Below, in pieces: positions 59,908 to 64,000 of a stretch of 64,000 nucleotides of DNA. The DNA is taken from contig OX337236.1 of NCBI GenBank assembly GCA_946965045.2, forward strand, positions 868,001 to 932,000, written 5' to 3'. The DNA comes from Epithemia pelagica (Eukaryota; Protista; Bacillariophyta). A program made the translations under genes and the position numbers. How positions within the stretch are numbered: the first letter of the stretch is position 1; each line of letters opens with the position of its first letter. The notes below the pieces were generated by a model. It made no database searches. It was not told the origin of the DNA and saw only the letters and a list, made by a program, of their open reading frames with translations.

Positions 59908-60862
59908 ATGGTCTGCACCATGATTCGCTCGATTCCAACGACCCTTGTTTGGACGGTCTTGACGACAATTCCACTCCTCGTGGCATGCTCGGAGCAGCAG
60001 CACGTTCCAGGTCCAGAATCATCCTCCATCCCTCCAACAACCACAACCACAACCACAACGACCCCAACACAACACCATTCTCCTCCGCGTGTGTCGCATG
60101 TTCAAGACACGGGTCATTTGGTGGCCGCAGCTCGTGCTGTGGATGCCTCCTGTCCCGACAATCCCTTTGCCGATGCGTGGGCACCCTTGTTGGCGTCACG
60201 AGAAACCATGCGCTGGTTGCAACCCCCATCCTCCGACGCCCAACAACAACAACAACAACCAACACGACGACGCTGGTGGCCACAACGACACTCCTCCTCC
60301 TCCAAGAATAAAGTCTATCATGTCACGTGTCGTACCATGATGCTGGACGAATTGCTCCATCAACGCTTGACCATGACACCTCCCACAGCAAGAGGCCGCC
60401 CAAACGGGTGTTTGTCGTCGTCGTATCATACGCCCAAACAAGTCGTCTTGTTGGGAGCCGGAATGGATACGCGAGCATGGCGCATGCCCGTCCCAGGCGT
60501 TGAGTGGTACGAGGTGGATTTGCCCGACATGTTGGCCGCCAAACAAGAGGCCCTCGTGTCGTCTCAGGAACAACGAAACAAGACAATCACCACCAACAGA
60601 CCCATGGAACCGGACCGCATTCACTATGTACCACTCAATTTGCAAACCCAACTGCACGAGTTACTGCCCTCCTTGCAAGCTCTGGGATGGGATTGCAATG
60701 CACCGACCATTTTTGTGTTGGAAGGGTTGGTCTATTATTTACCCAAATCCATTGTGGAACAATTGTTTCACGAAATCCTTCCCACGGTACCCACCAGTCG
60801 CATTCTCGTGACCACCATTGATGCACCCTCCAAACCACCACCACGACACTCTCAACAAACCC

Positions 60863-60901
<39 letters not shown>

Positions 60902-61104
60902 CTACGGGCATTCACGCTCTGGTACAAAGTTACCTGTCAGACTTGCACAATATCATGCGTCACCAACCTCCAGTCCGACCCAAATGGAAACCAGTCACCA
61001 AGCTCTTGGTTGGAAGACAAGGTGCTCGACGCTTGTTATCCTTGAATCTAGAGATTCGAGTTCGTCGATCCAAGGAATACATTTTGGAATACGTTGCCAT
61101 CTAA
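59908..61104 (+). CDS. leucine carboxyl methyltransferase (LCM)-family SAM-dependent methyltransferase
   Basis: VTCRTMMLDE, QVVLLGAGMDTRAWR, WYEVDLPDMLAAKQ and FVLEGLVYYL. The N-terminus is hydrophobic, and an (AAC)n poly-Asn tract lies at ~60864-60900. Confidence 0.88.
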
Positions 61105-61599
61105 AGTGGGCGATGGAGGGATCCATCCCACCAATAAAACAATAAGGAGAAAAAAGGGGCTATGTGGCTGGGTGCGAAAAATGCCCATGAACTACTACGG
61201 AACCAGGAGCCTCTTGTGTGTTTTGCCTTGATTGGACCTCTGGACGACTACCAACCACATGTGCATAGAGGTCGTCCATCAAGACCATGGAGGCTCTGAT
61301 GTATGACGAACCTACAAGATTGGTTCTTTTTTAGGAGTATATGGAAACAACCTCTTAGCTATGCATACAAATACAGACTCGCTAGCAACGAAAATATCAT
61401 AGAACAACTCACTCACTGTCATGATCATGGACTCTTTCGCGTAAGTAATACAATCCGACAACCCTTCACCACCGCAAGCCTTGAACAGTGGAACGAATCG
61501 GTGTGTTACTCTCGCGAACAAAATCCTTGGTAGAGGAACCACCGACCCCTGTCAAGTCTCAACCCCATCTAGTCTGATGCTGTTCTCCACCACGTTTGA

Positions 61600-62385
61600 T
61601 TACGGTGCCAAGACGGATCGGATTCTCGTTCCAGCTTGTGTCGACAGTGGTTCGCCTCGAAGACCACGACGACGATCGCGTACGCGATTTCCGAGACACC
61701 CACGACACGATCGATAGATGCTCAATTCACTGAGATAGGCTTCCTTGAGAGTGTCCTTGCGGGTCGTCAAGGCTCGTTGCGTACGTTGCGGCCATGTGGG
61801 AGCAGGCGTGGGTGCCGGAACCACGGTGGGAGCCCTTGTGGGTACCGTGGGAGCGGCCAAACCACAACCACACGGGTCTCGGACATAGCGTTCCAATGGA
61901 ACACAGACGGGTGCCAAAATGTGTCCATCCAAACCATCTTGGAACAAGCGCTCACACGTGGCACTTCCATCTCGAATAAAGTTGCTGAAAATGATGTTTT
62001 GAGGATATCCAGGAAAGTCTCCACCCCGACAAATGTCGCAGGGTGGCTCGGATCCCAGTGGAACGGATCCCGGAGCCACGGTGGGGGGCGGTGGTTGAGG
62101 TGCTTGCGTACCGGCTCGGTCCGTGTAGCAACAAACGTCCTTGAAGTTGGCTATCAAGTCGATGCATTCAGGAGAGTCATTTTCCGATCCGGCCACCGAA
62201 AGATACTTGTCGTTGCACGTGATGCCCTCTTCCACGTACCAATTGTTTCGTTCTGGGATGGGACCAGCCGAATAATATACATAGAGAGTGTCGGGACAAA
62301 GATCACAAGCTTGAATACCATGGTTGTCCAAGAGGAAGGCGGACCACAACACGAAGGCTCTCAGAAAAAGTTGCTGCACACTCAT
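61600..62385 (-). CDS. secreted Cys-rich, Pro/Thr-rich protein (261 aa)
   Basis: Signal peptide MSVQQLFLRAFVLWSAFLLDNHGIQA, two Cys-rich units (CDLC..ITCND..C..CC; CDIC..ATCER..C..CGC), a PT linker and a basic tail with RRRGLR. Confidence 0.78.
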   Translation of the reverse strand: MSVQQLFLRAFVLWSAFLLDNHGIQACDLCPDTLYVYYSAGPIPERNNWYVEEGITCNDKYLSVAGSENDSPECIDLIANFKDVCCYTDRAGTQAPQPPPPTVAPGSVPLGSEPPCDICRGGDFPGYPQNIIFSNFIRDGSATCERLFQDGLDGHILAPVCVPLERYVRDPCGCGLAAPTVPTRAPTVVPAPTPAPTWPQRTQRALTTRKDTLKEAYLSELSIYRSCRGCLGNRVRDRRRGLRGEPLSTQAGTRIRSVLAP

Positions 62386-64000
62386 GATACTGCCCTTTTT
62401 TTGATCGAAAATGGCAGGGTTGCAAATTTGTGAGGGAGAGGAGACTTTCGATCTGCTGTGGGGTCATTTGGGCTCAATTTCACTGGTCACTTCTGTTTTC
62501 TCGAAATTCTCGAAAGAGGGGCATATTTAACAAGTGATGTACGAACGAGTACACAAATTAATACTTTCTCTTTGCTTCCGAGTTGATGGATTTTCTCTTG
62601 GTCTTGGTCACTTGAGGCTTAAATACAAAAGCGGACCGGGATACCCCGTTTCAGTTTCACGCTATCCATTGCTCGAAGCTCCGACATGCTTATCCATATC
62701 TTGCACTCATAGAATGTTTGGGCCTTGCAACAAACCGAAATATCCAGTATAACACTAGCAGCAAAGAAAGCGAGTACTACTGATAACCATGTATGGTCTT
62801 TGTTTGGGCGTGAGAGAAAAGCCTCCAAGTCATTCAAAGATCATCCCCAATGCAAATCATCTTCACTTGACACTGTGCTTTTCCTTGGGACAACCGAACT
62901 TACTTTAGTCAATTATATATCAAGGTCGAGATACTCCAGCGAGATGGGGTAACCGGCAGTCCAAACAAAGGTCCAACGGGGTCAGAATGCAGAGTTCAAG
63001 CAATCGATATCTCACGGGAGAAGAAGTCCCACATACGGACGAAGAAGACTTGGTTACTTTGATGAGCCCTTTTGCCTTCTGAACGTCATTGTATCAGCTT
63101 TTTCCTATCCCTTCAGATTATCGACTGGACTCATTGCACGAGCAATGGCCGAGAACAGTCATTCAAGGAATGAACGGACGGACCCAACCGACTCCAGCAA
63201 GCATATCCTATCCCCAATGGGACGCCTCTTTTGTGGTATGAGACACAATCGCGATGTGAAGTGGCCGCTTGTGAGGTGTAAATCCTATTGGGAAAGGCAC
63301 CAACCGGATGCGTGATCTTTACAATCGCTCTCAGGAGTAATCATCGGTTCCCTGATCAGTGGTGAACATAGACGACGGGGGAGGGGAGTCCTGAAACTCT
63401 TAGCGTGAGTCGGATGAACTGCAACAACAGCGGCGTGTAATCCAGGACCGATCAAAGGGAAAGGACCAAGGCGACATTGTCCTGGCATACAACACAACAT
63501 CATCCTCCGTGTACGATATTGCTAATGGGCCTTTCAGAGACATGGATATTGGGCCGGTTTGTCGCGAGTTGGCGATTGACTCGTTCTTGGGACCGATGGG
63601 TATGGGTGCGAATTGCGAATTCGTAACACTTAGACGAGTGTCATCAGGAGTTTCTCAGTTGACCAGAAGCAAAGGCCGCTTTGGTGGAACACGTGCTTCG
63701 TTTTCTTTCACAGCTTCTTGGGCAGAATCCACCGACCGCGACCGTGGTATTCTCGTAGTGGTATTCTCTTCATGGCATTTTATGGTATGGTGGGCATGGT
63801 ACATGAGTTAATTCTCCATTTTATTCGCAGATTCGAAGAATAGGATGACGTGAATTGTTTTTTCCCATTGTCTGTTGCTCCCAACACGATCTCTCCTTCA
63901 GGGTCCCCCAAAGAATTAGTGATTGGCGCACCTCTCATGATTTGGCGAAAATCATAGGCATGTGACCTCAATAATGATGGTCTGAGACTTTGTAGCATGG

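Noticed and set aside
60864-60900. (AAC)n microsatellite and other CAA/ACA runs
   Set aside because: Ordinary coding homopolymer tracts (poly-N/Q/T), common throughout this genome.
62500-64000. Fragmentary minus-strand coding-like sequence including SYTEDDVLC, reminiscent of the diatom DUF6824 start
   Set aside because: The following GRG..HPGN motif is absent and the frames are broken by stops. It may be a pseudogene or TE remnant, but it cannot be supported without a search.

Overview
Gene-dense eukaryotic nuclear DNA, most likely from a pennate diatom. This is an inference from bipartite plastid-targeting motifs (VHA-F, VSA-FAP), short GT-AG introns, diatom-type expanded families and a diatom-type Ty1/copia element. 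About 20 host genes are present: a glycosyltransferase-like protein, fused LeuC-LeuD, Ser/Thr dehydratase, an LRR protein, mitochondrial L27, DUF924, NSRP1, UEV/MMS2, FAN1, HscB, Grx-DUF427, an SLC13/TrkA-C transporter, two methyltransferases, an HA-domain protein and several secreted or low-complexity proteins. Three mobile elements carry most of the novelty. (1) A 10.5-kb Ty1/copia element (13685-24181) has apparently identical 768-bp LTRs with non-TG..CA termini and a ~2,800-aa polyprotein containing a multi-transmembrane insert. (2) A 1.4-kb composite TIR element (11432-12857) has a 9-bp target duplication. Both sit inside one host gene; removing them restores, in frame, a 1,261-aa RING-TPR-RelE-like-UvrD helicase. 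(3) A complete Ngaro/PAT-type tyrosine-recombinase retrotransposon (38503-44681) has split direct repeats. Its gag and pol are separated by a single in-frame TAG followed by a predicted stem-loop, and its unique A2/B2 spacer is a perfect G-quadruplex motif. All homology calls come from motif recognition by eye; no searches were run. No rRNA, tRNA or CRISPR features were recognised.
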